Below, in pieces: positions 1 to 11,267 of a stretch of DNA of 64,000 nt. The position numbers and the translations under genes were made by a program. Positions within the stretch are counted from its first letter, which is position 1. Each line of letters opens with the position of its first letter. The DNA is from an uncultured Clostridia bacterium (GTDB lineage Bacteria; Bacillota; Clostridia; TANB77; CAG-508): the NCBI GenBank assembly GCA_946415375.1, contig CAMKSF010000006.1, positions 11,241 through 75,240 of the forward strand, given 5' to 3'. Below the pieces are notes generated by a model. It was given only the letters and a program-made list of their open reading frames with translations. It was not told where the DNA came from and ran no database searches.

Positions 1-168
1 AATGAAATTGAAGGAGAAAAATCAGTAGTTTTTGAAGTAAAAGTTGCTGAAACTGATATGGGGAAAATTATTGGAAAACAAGGGAAAATAGCTCAGTCTA
101 TAAGAAGTATAATGAAAGCTGTTAGTGCAAAAGAGCATAAAAGAGTTTCAGTAGAATTTTTAGGATAA
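1..168 (+). CDS. khpA: KH-domain RNA-binding protein KhpA (3' part, truncated by window edge)
   Basis: Frame 1 reads ...VAETDMGKIIGKQGKIAQSIRSIMKAVSAKEHKRVSVEFLG*, with the GxxG KH loop; canonical position upstream of rimM-trmD-rplS. Confidence 0.9.
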   Translation, partial: NEIEGEKSVVFEVKVAETDMGKIIGKQGKIAQSIRSIMKAVSAKEHKRVSVEFLG

Positions 169-178
169 GGAGCTAAAA

Positions 179-682
179 TTGAAAAATTTAGAAGTTGGTC
201 AAATTGTGAATACATTTGGTATCAAAGGATTCGTTAAAGTGAATCCTTGGGTAAATGATGTTACGCGATTTGAAAAATTAAAAAAAGTATATATCAAAAT
301 TCGAAATGAGCATAAAGAATTAGAAATTGAAGAGGTAAAATATCATAAAAATCAAGTTTTACTCAAATTCAAAGGAATAGATACAATAGAACAAGCAGAA
401 ATTATTCGAAATGCTATTATAGAAATAGATAGAGAAAATGCTATTCCACTTGAAAAAGGAGAATACTTCATTGCAGATTTATTAGAATCAGAAGTATTTA
501 CAGATGAAGGAGAAAAACTTGGTGTATTAGATGATATATATAACACAGGTAGTAAAGATATATATGTAGTAAAAAATGAACTAGGTAAAACTATTTTACT
601 TCCAGGAATTAAAGATGTAATAAAGGAAGTAGATGTAGAAAATAAAAAAATAATAGTTCATTTATTGAAAGGATTAGTTTAA
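179..682 (+). CDS. rimM: 16S rRNA processing protein RimM
   Basis: VGQIVNTFGIKGFVKV N-terminus, GEYFIADL motif, PRC barrel; synteny. Confidence 0.97.
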   Translation: MKNLEVGQIVNTFGIKGFVKVNPWVNDVTRFEKLKKVYIKIRNEHKELEIEEVKYHKNQVLLKFKGIDTIEQAEIIRNAIIEIDRENAIPLEKGEYFIADLLESEVFTDEGEKLGVLDDIYNTGSKDIYVVKNELGKTILLPGIKDVIKEVDVENKKIIVHLLKGLV

Positions 683-1360
683 ATGAAGTTTGATGTTTTA
701 ACGCTTTTTCCTGAAATGTTTGAACCTTTAAATTCAAGTATTATAGGAAGAGCAAAAGAAAAAGACCTAATAGAAATTAATTTGATAAATATTAGAGATT
801 TTTCAAAAGATAAACACAAAAAAGTAGATGATACTCCTTATGGTGGAGGAGCTGGTATGGTTATGATGCCAGATGTTGTATATGATGCATATAAATCTAT
901 TAAAGATGAAAATGCAAAAGTTATATATATGTCACCACAAGGGAAAAAACTAACCCAAAAAAAGGTTGAAGAATTAGCAAAAAACAAGCATTTAATTATT
1001 CTCTGTGGACACTATGAAGGCATAGACCAAAGAGTGATAGACAAAATTGTAGATGAAGAAATTTCAATTGGAGACTATGTATTAACAGGAGGAGAGTTAC
1101 CTGCAATGGTACTAATTGATTCAGTATCAAGGTATTCTGAAGGAGTTATTACAAAGGAATCTACGAATGAAGAATCATTTACAAATGGACTTTTAGAATA
1201 TCCACAATATACAAGACCAGAAGTCTTTGAAGGAGAAAGAGTTCCAGAAGTGTTACTTTCAGGACATCATGCTAATATAGAGAAATGGAGAAAAGAAAAA
1301 TCGCTTGAAATTACAGCTAAAAAAAGACCGGATTTATTAAATAAAAATGAAGTGCAGTAG
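683..1360 (+). CDS. trmD: tRNA (guanine37-N1)-methyltransferase
   Basis: [34 protein letters not shown] motifs. Confidence 0.98.
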   Translation: MKFDVLTLFPEMFEPLNSSIIGRAKEKDLIEINLINIRDFSKDKHKKVDDTPYGGGAGMVMMPDVVYDAYKSIKDENAKVIYMSPQGKKLTQKKVEELAKNKHLIILCGHYEGIDQRVIDKIVDEEISIGDYVLTGGELPAMVLIDSVSRYSEGVITKESTNEESFTNGLLEYPQYTRPEVFEGERVPEVLLSGHHANIEKWRKEKSLEITAKKRPDLLNKNEVQ

Positions 1361-1412
1361 ATGCACCGCTCATGTAATCCAATGACAAGCAAAAGGCTTG
1401 CGACATTGGAAA
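1358..1412 (+). promoter_or_regulatory. Structured leader of rplS, possibly L19-leader-like
   Basis: GC-richer intergenic stretch with CCGCT and a hairpin tccaatg..aagc-aaaag-gctt..cattgga directly before the rplS SD; family assignment is inference. Confidence 0.35.
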
Positions 1413-1434
1413 TTAAGAAAGGAAGGAATTTAAA

Positions 1435-2064
1435 ATGGATATAGTTAAATCTATAGAACATGAACAATTAAAAAACAAAATACCAGATTTAAAAGTTGGT
1501 AATACAGTTAAAGTTCATCAAAGAATAAAAGAAGGAAATAAAGAAAGAATCCAAGTATTTATAGGAACTATAATTAAAGTACAAGGATCAGGAGTAAACA
1601 AAACATTTACAGTTAGAAAGATTTCATATGGAGTAGGAGTTGAAAAAACATTTTTAGTTCACTCTCCGTTAGTTGAAAAGGTTGAATTAGTTAGAGTAGG
1701 ACATGCAAGACGTGCAAAATTATTCTATTTAAGAGATAGAGTAGGAAAATCTGCTAAGACTAAAGAAGTTGCAGGAGCAAGAATTGAAAATAAAGAAATC
1801 GAAATAAAAGGAAAAGAAATAGTTGAAGTTCCAGAAGAAGGAACAGTAGAAGAAGCGGATGTTGTAACTGAGGAAGTTGTTGAAACAACAGAAGCAACTG
1901 CTACAGAAAAAGAAGCTACAGAAACTGTAGAAACTTCAACAGAAAAAGTTGAAGAAAAAACTGAAGCTCCAGCAGAAGTTGCTGAAGAGAAAAAAGAAAC
2001 AGAAGTAGAAGAAACAGCAAAGAAAGAAGAAAAAAAGACAGAAAATAATGAAAGTGCAGAATAG
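1435..2064 (+). CDS. rplS: 50S ribosomal protein L19 with long acidic C-terminal extension
   Basis: GVGVEKTF and RRAKLFYLR motifs in the first ~115 aa, followed by an E/T/K-rich tail. Confidence 0.96.
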   Translation: MDIVKSIEHEQLKNKIPDLKVGNTVKVHQRIKEGNKERIQVFIGTIIKVQGSGVNKTFTVRKISYGVGVEKTFLVHSPLVEKVELVRVGHARRAKLFYLRDRVGKSAKTKEVAGARIENKEIEIKGKEIVEVPEEGTVEEADVVTEEVVETTEATATEKEATETVETSTEKVEEKTEAPAEVAEEKKETEVEETAKKEEKKTENNESAE

Positions 2065-2109
2065 TCTGAATTTTGTATTTTAGAAAGAATAAAATAAAAG
2101 CAAAAAATT

Positions 2110-2161
2110 AAACCCGAATCTCAACATATCAGCTATTTGGCTGGTAGTTGGATTCGGGTTT
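2110..2161. terminator. Long hairpin between rplS and the convergent mini-gene (probable terminator)
   Basis: aaacccgaatc...gattcgggttt inverted repeat. Confidence 0.75.
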
Positions 2162-2172
2162 ATGATGATTAG

Positions 2173-2463
2173 TCAACTGAGGTTCAGAACCTCAATTGAT
2201 TTGGCAGTCTTCGGCGACGAGGTGGAGTCCAACTTATACAGTTGAGCTTCACGTCCACCGGGCTTACGAGCTGCCTGGCGCGCTTCGCAGTAGCCAAACT
2301 TTTTCTCTACGTTGTGGTAGAGTGAATGGTACTTGATGCTTTGCTCGCTCATCTGCTTGGAGCTGTAAGCCTGACATCTGTCAAGCTGAATGACCTTTTC
2401 AATATATGCAAAGGTCGTTACTGCAACAATGCAGCCTAAAAGCACTAATAATGTTGTCATCAT
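2173..2463 (-). CDS. Small orphan protein (96 aa) with N-terminal membrane anchor, antisense mini-gene
   Basis: SD AAGGAGG before ATG at 2463; own promoter TTGACA(2569-2564)-17-TATAAT(2546-2541); visibly more GC-rich than its flanks. Confidence 0.7.
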   Translation of the reverse strand: MMTTLLVLLGCIVAVTTFAYIEKVIQLDRCQAYSSKQMSEQSIKYHSLYHNVEKKFGYCEARQAARKPGGREAQLYKLDSTSSPKTAKSIEVLNLS

Positions 2464-2635
2464 TTGCCCCTCCTTAGGGCTGTTGCACATTTTGAATCAG
2501 GGAAGTGCGCCCTGTTTCGGCACCATTGCCGTATATTATAATTATACAATATTTTAGGCAAAATGTCAATTTTTACCATTACTATAAGGGATATTAAGAG
2601 CAGAAATATATTGAATTTAAAAGGAATGAAATAGA

Positions 2636-3295
2636 ATGAGAATTAGATACAAGAAATGGGCTAGACCAGAACTTGAAAAGTGTAATTTTTATATAGACAA
2701 TCCGGAAGAAGTTAAAGGCAAATGGAAAAGTTTATTCAAAAATCCAAATTTACCTCTTAATTTGGAATTAGGATGTGGAAAAGGTCAGTTTATATCACAT
2801 TTAGCAAGTGAGAACTTAAATCAAAATTATATTGCAATTGACTTAGTTGATGCAATGCTAGGTTTAGCTAAAAGAAATGTAGAACAAATATATAAAGAAA
2901 AAAATATTGAACCTAACAATATTTTTTTGACAAGATTTGATATAGATAGAATTTTATTGATTTTATCAGAAGAAGATAAAATAGATAGAATATATATCAA
3001 TTTTTGCAATCCATGGCCAAAGGGAAAACACAGAAAAAAGAGACTTACTCATACAAGACAACTTGAAAAATATAAAACATTTCTAAAGGAAGATGGAGAA
3101 ATATATTTTAAAACAGATGATGATGATTTGTTTAATTCAAGTTTAAAATATTTTGAAGAAACAGGATTTAAAATAATAAAGAAAACATATGACTTGCATA
3201 GTGAACCTGATTTTTGGTATAATATAGAGACAGAACATGAGAAAATGTTTTCTGAGCAGGGGATAAAAATAAAAGCAGTAATTGCAAAAAGATAA
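2636..3295 (+). CDS. trmB: tRNA (guanine46-N7)-methyltransferase
   Basis: LELGCGKG, NFCNPWPK..HRKKRL, FKTD, TEHE motifs. Confidence 0.96.
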   Translation: MRIRYKKWARPELEKCNFYIDNPEEVKGKWKSLFKNPNLPLNLELGCGKGQFISHLASENLNQNYIAIDLVDAMLGLAKRNVEQIYKEKNIEPNNIFLTRFDIDRILLILSEEDKIDRIYINFCNPWPKGKHRKKRLTHTRQLEKYKTFLKEDGEIYFKTDDDDLFNSSLKYFEETGFKIIKKTYDLHSEPDFWYNIETEHEKMFSEQGIKIKAVIAKR

Positions 3296-3302
3296 TTATT
3301 AA

Positions 3303-4634
<1,332 letters not shown>

Positions 4635-4870
4635 AGAAGTTAAAAATGAAGGAGCATTAGTTTTATAGTGCTTCTTTTTGTAGTTTAATAGTTATAAAAA
4701 TTTAGATGATAAAAGTGTTAATTTAATGTTTCAAACATAAAAAAATATAATTTCAGTATAAAATGAAAGAATATTATTAAAAAAAGAAAAAAACTCTTGT
4801 AATATAAAAAAAAATATGATATATATATGATATAAATAAAATATTTATAAATATTAATTAAGGGAAGGTA

Positions 4871-5599
4871 ATGTCAGTGGAAGAAGAATTTAAGAAAACA
4901 ATATTAGTTGTTGACGATGAGAAAATGATTAGAAATTTGCTAAATATTAATTTAACAAAAGAAGGATATAATGTAATTGAAGCTGTTGATGGATTAGAAG
5001 CAGTGGAACTTGCAACAGAGAAAAAACCGGATTTAATTTTATTAGATGTAATGATTCCTAAATTAGATGGGCTATCAGTTTGTAAAAGAATAAAAAATAC
5101 TATGAATGTACCTATTCTTATGGTAACAGCAAAGGATAGTGAAGTAGATAAAATTCTTGGTCTTGAATTAGGTGCAGATGACTATGTAACAAAGCCATTT
5201 AGTGTTAGAGAATTAATTGCAAGAATTAAAGCAAATTTAAGAAAGATCGAGGCTTCATCTGCTACTGAGCAAACTTCTGCTGATGGAGTAAAAAGAGATA
5301 ATATAATAAAAGTTGGAGTCTTAACACTTGATCTAGACAGATTTGAAGTAATGGTTGATAATAAAAGAGTAGACTTAACTTTAAGGGAATATGAGGTATT
5401 AAAATTCTTAGCATCAGAACCAGGACAAGTTGTGTCAAGAGAAGTTTTACTTGAAAAAGTATGGGGATACGAATACTATGGAGATATCCGTACAGTAGAT
5501 GTAACAGTTAGAAGAATAAGAGAAAAAATAGAAAAAGATACATCTGATCCAAAAATATTAATGACAAAAAGAAGTGTAGGATATTATATAGCTGTATAA
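4871..5599 (+). CDS. OmpR/WalR-family response regulator (no adjacent kinase)
   Basis: Receiver motifs VVDD, LLDVM, KPFS; winged helix VWGYEYYGDIRTVDVTVRR. Confidence 0.92.
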   Translation: MSVEEEFKKTILVVDDEKMIRNLLNINLTKEGYNVIEAVDGLEAVELATEKKPDLILLDVMIPKLDGLSVCKRIKNTMNVPILMVTAKDSEVDKILGLELGADDYVTKPFSVRELIARIKANLRKIEASSATEQTSADGVKRDNIIKVGVLTLDLDRFEVMVDNKRVDLTLREYEVLKFLASEPGQVVSREVLLEKVWGYEYYGDIRTVDVTVRRIREKIEKDTSDPKILMTKRSVGYYIAV

Positions 5600-5681
5600 G
5601 AAAAAGGATGTACTGTAATATATTTATAGTTCATCCTTTTTTTGCATTTTAGAAATAATAATAATATTTATAAGGAGAACT

Positions 5682-6518
5682 ATGGAAGTAATTGTAGGGG
5701 AAAATGCAGGTTTTTGTTATGGAGTAAAAAGAGCAGTAGATGGAGCAAGAGAAGAATTAGGAAAGGGAAAAGAAATCTATTGCTTAGGGGATATTGTTCA
5801 TAATAATCATGTAATAGAAGAATTAAAAAAACAAGGAATGAAATTTATAGATAAAATTGAAGAGGCAAAAGGAAAGACTATAATTAGAGCACATGGAGTT
5901 AGTAAAAAGGTTTATCAAAAAGCTAAGGATATGAATATAGAAATTAAGGATTTAACATGTCCAAGTGTATTAAGAATCCATAAAATAGCAAGTGAATATG
6001 CTTCTAAAGGATTCTATATTGTTCTAACAGGAAAGAAAAATCATCCAGAGGTAATAGGAATTGAAAGTCATTGTGGAGAAAAGTATAGTGTTATAACAGA
6101 AAAAGAGGAATTAGATGAACTACTAAATAAGATTATGAATGAACAAAATATACTACTGATTTCTCAAACAACATATAGCTCCAAAAAATTTGATGAAATA
6201 GCAGAAATATTAAATAAAGAAATAAAAAACAATTTAGTAATAAACAAAACAATATGTCCATCAACAGAAATTAGGCAAAAGGAAACCGAGGAAATTGCAA
6301 AACAAGTTGATTTAATGATAATAATTGGTGGAAAGAAGAGTTCTAATACAAAAAAATTATATGATATTTCTTGTTCTATTTGCAAAAATGTTATTTATAT
6401 AGAAAATGCAGAGGATTTTAATATAGAAGATTATATGAATATTGAAAAAATAGGAATAATGGCAGGGGCATCAACTCCACAGGAACAAATTGAAAAAGTG
6501 AAAGGATGTTTAAAATGA
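5682..6518 (+). CDS. ispH: 4-hydroxy-3-methylbut-2-enyl diphosphate reductase
   Basis: GFCYGVKRA, IRAHG, DLTCP, SQTT, TICPST, SSNT, AGASTP motifs. Confidence 0.96.
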   Translation: MEVIVGENAGFCYGVKRAVDGAREELGKGKEIYCLGDIVHNNHVIEELKKQGMKFIDKIEEAKGKTIIRAHGVSKKVYQKAKDMNIEIKDLTCPSVLRIHKIASEYASKGFYIVLTGKKNHPEVIGIESHCGEKYSVITEKEELDELLNKIMNEQNILLISQTTYSSKKFDEIAEILNKEIKNNLVINKTICPSTEIRQKETEEIAKQVDLMIIIGGKKSSNTKKLYDISCSICKNVIYIENAEDFNIEDYMNIEKIGIMAGASTPQEQIEKVKGCLK

Positions 6519-7030
6519 AAAAAAATAATTCAGGAATAACACTATTAGTATTAGTAATAACTATTGTAGTTTTAACGATAATAGCATCAATAACTGTATA
6601 TGAAGGAAAGGAATTAATTAATAAATCTAAAATACAAACACTAGAAACAAATATGCTTACGATTCAAGCAAAGGCAAAAGCATATGCCGAAGAAATTGAA
6701 GCAAAGATTTGGGTTAAAGAAGGAGATGACAAAGAAAGTGCAAGAAACACTGAGTTTCAAAGCAAGAAATTCACTAATTCTGTAAGCGTAGATAGTTCAA
6801 TATTAAATCAAGTTAATGAAGAAGTAATAAGTGATGGATACTATGCTTATACAGTTACAGGAGAAGCATTAACAGATATGGGACTTGACGACATAAATAC
6901 AGAAACATATATTGTAGTCTATAATTCATCTGATTGCAAAAAAATAGATATTATATTTCCTGAGGGAATAAAATACAATAAAAAATCATTATACACTTTA
7001 TCGGAAATACACAAGGAATTAACAAAATAA
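6515..7030 (+). CDS. Type IV pilin-like protein
   Basis: Class III-like signal MKKNNSG|ITLLVLVITIVVLTIIA. Confidence 0.7.
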   Translation: MKKNNSGITLLVLVITIVVLTIIASITVYEGKELINKSKIQTLETNMLTIQAKAKAYAEEIEAKIWVKEGDDKESARNTEFQSKKFTNSVSVDSSILNQVNEEVISDGYYAYTVTGEALTDMGLDDINTETYIVVYNSSDCKKIDIIFPEGIKYNKKSLYTLSEIHKELTK

Positions 7031-7052
7031 AATATATAGTAGGAGCAAAATT

Positions 7053-7689
7053 GTGAAAGAAAAAGAAGAACAAAGATTATTAAAACTTAAAGAAATTGAT
7101 AAAGAGTTTTTTGATATGGGAATGAAATTTGTTTGTGGAATAGATGAAGCGGGAAGAGGACCACTAGCTGGTCCTGTTGTTGTAGCGGCTGTTATTCTAC
7201 CAAAGGACTCTATGATAGAAGGAATAAATGATTCTAAAAAAATTTCTGAGAATAAAAGGGAAAAACTTTATGATATTATTTTAGAAGAGGCTATAAGCTA
7301 TGGAATTGGAATTATTTATCAAGATGAAATAGATGAAATAAATATATTGCAAGCTACAAAAAAAGGATTACATGAAGCAGTGGAAAACTTAAAAACAAAA
7401 CCAAATGTTATACTAGTAGATGCACTAACAGGAATTGATACACTTCGGAATACCATATAAATCAATAATAAAAGGAGATGCTAAAAGTTATTCTATCGGT
7501 GCAGCATCAATTTTAGCAAAAGTTACAAGGGATAGAATAATGAGGGAGTGGGATAAGGTTTATCCTGAGTATGGTTTTGCAGGGCATAAAGGATATGGAA
7601 CTGCCAAACATATTGAAGCCATAAAAAAATACGGTTTAACACCAATACATAGAAAAACTTTTTGCAAAAACTTTGTAATTTCAAAATAG
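7053..7689 (+). CDS. rnhB: Ribonuclease HII, split by a +1 frameshift at CGG-A (7446-7449)
   Basis: [30 protein letters not shown] in 7053-7445; the +1 frame continues [32 protein letters not shown]; fused product 211 aa. Confidence 0.93.
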
Positions 7690-7738
7690 TTGTGATATAA
7701 TATAAATGTATGTTAAAAAAATAGAAAGGATGATACAA

Positions 7739-7882
7739 ATGGAAGTAAATAAAGAAACAAAAAAGAAAAGAACAAAAGGTATGGCAGGAAAAATAGCAGG
7801 AAAGATAATTGCAACATTAATGGTTGTATTTATGCTTATTGCATCATGCTCAACAGCAATTTATTATCTAATTAATTCATAA
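7739..7882 (+). CDS. Small single-TM protein (47 aa), DUF4044-like
   Basis: AGAAAGGA SD; MEVNKETKKKRTKGMAGKIAGKIIATLMVVFMLIASCSTAIYYLINS; below the ORF-track cutoff. Confidence 0.65.
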   Translation: MEVNKETKKKRTKGMAGKIAGKIIATLMVVFMLIASCSTAIYYLINS

Positions 7883-7899
7883 GAAAAAGGAGATTGTAA

Positions 7900-8847
7900 A
7901 TGAATGATATTGGTAAAGCAATAAATGCTTTTTATGAAAATAATATTATAAGATTTATAAACATATATAAACAATCACCTGCAAAGCTTATATCATTAAT
8001 AATAGATATTGCTTTAGTTTTTTTACTAATTTATTTATTTTTAAGAATGGTTAAAGGAACAAGAACATGGCAATTAGTTAAAGGAATAGCATTTTTAATT
8101 GTTGGAACTTGGCTTAGTGGTATTCTTGGACTAAATATACTTCATTACATATTAAATGCAATTATGAATTGGGGAGTTATACTAATAATTGTAATATTCC
8201 AACCAGAGATTAGAAGAGCGTTAGAACAAATTGGTACAAATAAAATAACAAAATTCTTTGGAATTGAAAAAGATATAGTTACTAAGACAAAGGAAGATAT
8301 TTATAAAGTTGTAATTGCTGCAACAGAGCTTTCAAAAACAAAGACAGGTGCTTTGATTGTAATGGAAAGAGATATCAAAATAAAAGATATTATTGCTACA
8401 GGAGTTGAAATTAATGGTGATGTTAGTCCACAAGTATTAGTAAACATATTTGTCCCAAATACACCACTTCATGATGGAGCAGTAGTAATAAGTGAAAATA
8501 AAATTGCAGCAGCAGCTTGTATGTTACCATTAGCTGCAGATTCAGATATAGCCAAAGAACTTGGAACAAGACATAGAGCAGCAATTGGAATATCTAAAGA
8601 ATCAGATGCAATTGCAGTTGTAGTTTCAGAAGAGACTGGAAAAATATCTGTTGCCAAAGATGGAACACTAATTGCAGATGTTAGAGAAGATGTATTGAAA
8701 AAAATCTTAATAAGTAACATAGTAACAAAAAGATTTAACGAAAAAGAAGAAACTATTAATGATAAGTTTTCAAGAATAAAGAGTATTTTTAAAGAAAAGA
8801 ACAATAAGATTTTTAAGACAAAGAAAGAAAAAATAAATAATGATTAA
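7900..8847 (+). CDS. cdaA: Diadenylate cyclase CdaA/DacA
   Basis: Three TM helices, IFQPEIRRALE, PLHDGA, GTRHRAA, VSEETG. Confidence 0.95.
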   Translation: MNDIGKAINAFYENNIIRFINIYKQSPAKLISLIIDIALVFLLIYLFLRMVKGTRTWQLVKGIAFLIVGTWLSGILGLNILHYILNAIMNWGVILIIVIFQPEIRRALEQIGTNKITKFFGIEKDIVTKTKEDIYKVVIAATELSKTKTGALIVMERDIKIKDIIATGVEINGDVSPQVLVNIFVPNTPLHDGAVVISENKIAAAACMLPLAADSDIAKELGTRHRAAIGISKESDAIAVVVSEETGKISVAKDGTLIADVREDVLKKILISNIVTKRFNEKEETINDKFSRIKSIFKEKNNKIFKTKKEKINND

Positions 8848-8908
8848 AATATAGCCCTTAAGAATAGGGCTTTATTTGTTATATATAAAAAGGTAAAGGG
8901 GACTTAAA

Positions 8909-9646
8909 ATGAGAAATATAAAACTTGTAATAGAATATGATGGGAAAGAATTTAATGGATGGCAAAAGCAACCAAACAAATTAAATATACAAGGAAGCAT
9001 AGAAGAAGCAATAAAGCAAATAACAGGAGAAGAAATAGAACTTTATGCTTCTGGAAGAACAGATGCTGGAGTTCATGCATATGGGCAAGTTGCAAATTTT
9101 AAGACAGAATCTAATTTACCTATAGAAAAATTTCCAGTAGCAATTAATACTAAATTAAAGAAATCTATTAGAATAATAAAAGCAGAGGAAGTGGATGAAA
9201 GATTTCATAGTAGATTAAATTGTAAGAAAAAAACATATAGGTATGTTATAAACAATTCAGAATTTGCGAGTGCAATCTATAGAAATTTAGAGACTCATAT
9301 TCCACAAAAATTAAATATAAGAAAGATGAAAGAAGCAATAAAATATTTTGAAGGAGAACATGATTTTAAGGCTTTTAAAGCAAGTGGAACAAGTAGTAAA
9401 TCAAGTGTAAGAACCATTTACAAAGCAGAAATAAAAGAAATGTCAAATAATAGAATATATATAGAGCTTACTGGAAATGGATTTCTATACAATATGGTAA
9501 GAATAATAGCTGGAACATTGGTAGATGTAGGATTAGAAAAAATTAAACCAGAAGAAATATCAAATATAATTGAAAAAGGCAAAAGAGATTTAGCGGGAAA
9601 AACACTACCTCCAAATGGATTATTTTTATTAAATGTAGAATATTAG
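8909..9646 (+). CDS. truA: tRNA pseudouridine(38-40) synthase
   Basis: YDG..F.GWQ, SGRTDAGVHA, GNGFLYNMVRII. Confidence 0.97.
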   Translation: MRNIKLVIEYDGKEFNGWQKQPNKLNIQGSIEEAIKQITGEEIELYASGRTDAGVHAYGQVANFKTESNLPIEKFPVAINTKLKKSIRIIKAEEVDERFHSRLNCKKKTYRYVINNSEFASAIYRNLETHIPQKLNIRKMKEAIKYFEGEHDFKAFKASGTSSKSSVRTIYKAEIKEMSNNRIYIELTGNGFLYNMVRIIAGTLVDVGLEKIKPEEISNIIEKGKRDLAGKTLPPNGLFLLNVEY

Positions 9647-9651
9647 AAAAG

Positions 9652-9777
9652 TTGGAAAAGGGGATGGGTCTCCTTTCCAACTTTTTTAATAACAAATTGT
9701 ACATAGAAGTATAGAAGTTATTGTGATGAAACAGAATTGTTTAATATTTTGTAAAAAGGAACTATCCACTTTTCCAA
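9652..9777. repeat. Inverted pair of ~29-bp palindromic REP-like elements (9652-9680, 9749-9777); the first probably also acts as the truA terminator
   Basis: Reverse complement of copy 1 ttggaaaggagacccatccccttttccaa versus copy 2 ttgtaaaaaggaactatccacttttccaa; third copy at 47611-47640. Confidence 0.5.
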
Positions 9778-9845
9778 GTTTTAGGAATAAAATTCAAAAT
9801 AATATATATAATAGAAAGTAAAGAAAAAACTAGAAGGGGAGTATT

Positions 9846-10367
9846 ATGCCTTTTATTGGGATTATTGCTAAAGAAAGTGACAGTAATTTTATAAAAAATA
9901 AAATAACAAAAAACTCAAAAAAAACTAATTTCGAAGTAATTAATATTAACAAAAAAAGTATAGAGAACATAAAAAATATTAAATTTGAAGCTATTGTAAT
10001 TAATGATGAAATAAAGGAACTATTGAATAATTCAAATTACTTAGAAGAAATAATAAAAAAATCTAAATATTTAATAATTAATTCTGATATAATAGAAAAC
10101 TTAGAACCTTTGAATTTTTTTGTGAATAGCACAACAGAAATAATTACATTTGGTTTAAACAAAAAAGCTACAATAACAATTTCAAGTATAAAATCAGAAA
10201 ACATTTTAATATGTGTTCAAAAAAGCTTTAAAGATGCTAAAAACAAGCACATAGAAGAACAAGAATTTAAAATAGAAATGAAAAAAAATAATTTAAAAAA
10301 GATATGTAATTCATTGGTAATATTTGCAATTTTAACTATTTACGGAGAAAAGTTACAAAAAATTTAG
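9846..10367 (+). CDS. Hypothetical protein, conserved upstream of the clostridial ssb
   Basis: Good SD; IINSD and ITFGLNKKATITISSI resemble a Mur-ligase-like fragment. Confidence 0.6.
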   Translation: MPFIGIIAKESDSNFIKNKITKNSKKTNFEVININKKSIENIKNIKFEAIVINDEIKELLNNSNYLEEIIKKSKYLIINSDIIENLEPLNFFVNSTTEIITFGLNKKATITISSIKSENILICVQKSFKDAKNKHIEEQEFKIEMKKNNLKKICNSLVIFAILTIYGEKLQKI

Positions 10368-10496
10368 AAAATATTAACTTTTTATGTTGACAAAATAAGG
10401 AAGAGTGTTGTATAATAAGAGATAAGAGATTTAGGAGAAGACAAAAAGTTTAAGACTACTTAGGATAAATCTAAAATAAACAAGGAGGAATCTAAA

Positions 10497-11267
10497 TTGG
10501 ATACAAATTATTTAGAAAACAACTACTTAACATTAGTAGGAAAGGTAGCTTCTGACAAGAAGTTTAGCCACGAAATTTATGGAGAAAGGTTTTATTCATT
10601 TGACCTTTGCATTCCACGTTTAAGTGGATCAGCTGATATTATTCCTGTAACAGCATCAGAAAGATTATTTACAGATGAAATGTTACAAGATGGAACTAAA
10701 TTGTTAATTAAAGGACAATTCAGATCATATAACAGCTATGAAAATGAAAGAAACAAGCTAATACTTACAGTATTTGCTAAAGACATTGAAGAAGTAAAAG
10801 AAGACGAAGAAGTAGAAACAGAAAATGTAGAAGAGACAGAAAATGTTGATTCAGAGGAAGCAAGAAAAGAAGCTTTCAAAAAAGATTACATCACAAATGA
10901 GGTTGTTTTAATTGGTTACATCTGTAAAAAACCAGTATATAGACAAACACCATTTGGAAGAGAAATCGCAGATTTATTATTAGCAGTAAACAGAGCATAC
11001 AATAAATCTGATTACATCCCATCAATTGCTTGGGGAAGAAATGCTAGATTCTGCCAAAACTTAGAAGTTGGAACAGAAGTTAAAATAGTAGGTAGAGTTC
11101 AATCTAGAAATTATGAAAAGAAATTAGAAGATGGAACAGTATTAAAGAAAGTAGCTTATGAAGTTTCAATCGGAAGCTTAGAAGTTGTTAAGGAATCAGA
11201 AAACAATAATGAAGAAACAGCTGACACAGCTTCAGAAGAAGATAACACAGTTCAAGAGGCTATGTAA
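10497..11267 (+). CDS. ssb: Clostridial double-OB single-stranded DNA-binding protein
   Basis: SHEIYGERFY, GQFRSYN, RQTPFGREIADLLLAVNRAYNKSDYIP motifs. Confidence 0.88.
   Translation: MDTNYLENNYLTLVGKVASDKKFSHEIYGERFYSFDLCIPRLSGSADIIPVTASERLFTDEMLQDGTKLLIKGQFRSYNSYENERNKLILTVFAKDIEEVKEDEEVETENVEETENVDSEEARKEAFKKDYITNEVVLIGYICKKPVYRQTPFGREIADLLLAVNRAYNKSDYIPSIAWGRNARFCQNLEVGTEVKIVGRVQSRNYEKKLEDGTVLKKVAYEVSIGSLEVVKESENNNEETADTASEEDNTVQEAM

Noticed and set aside
7435-7689. Treating the rnhB 3' ORF (and ORF 18163-18765) as independent genes
   Set aside because: They lack an SD and are the C-terminal parts of single-domain enzymes joined by a +1 shift.
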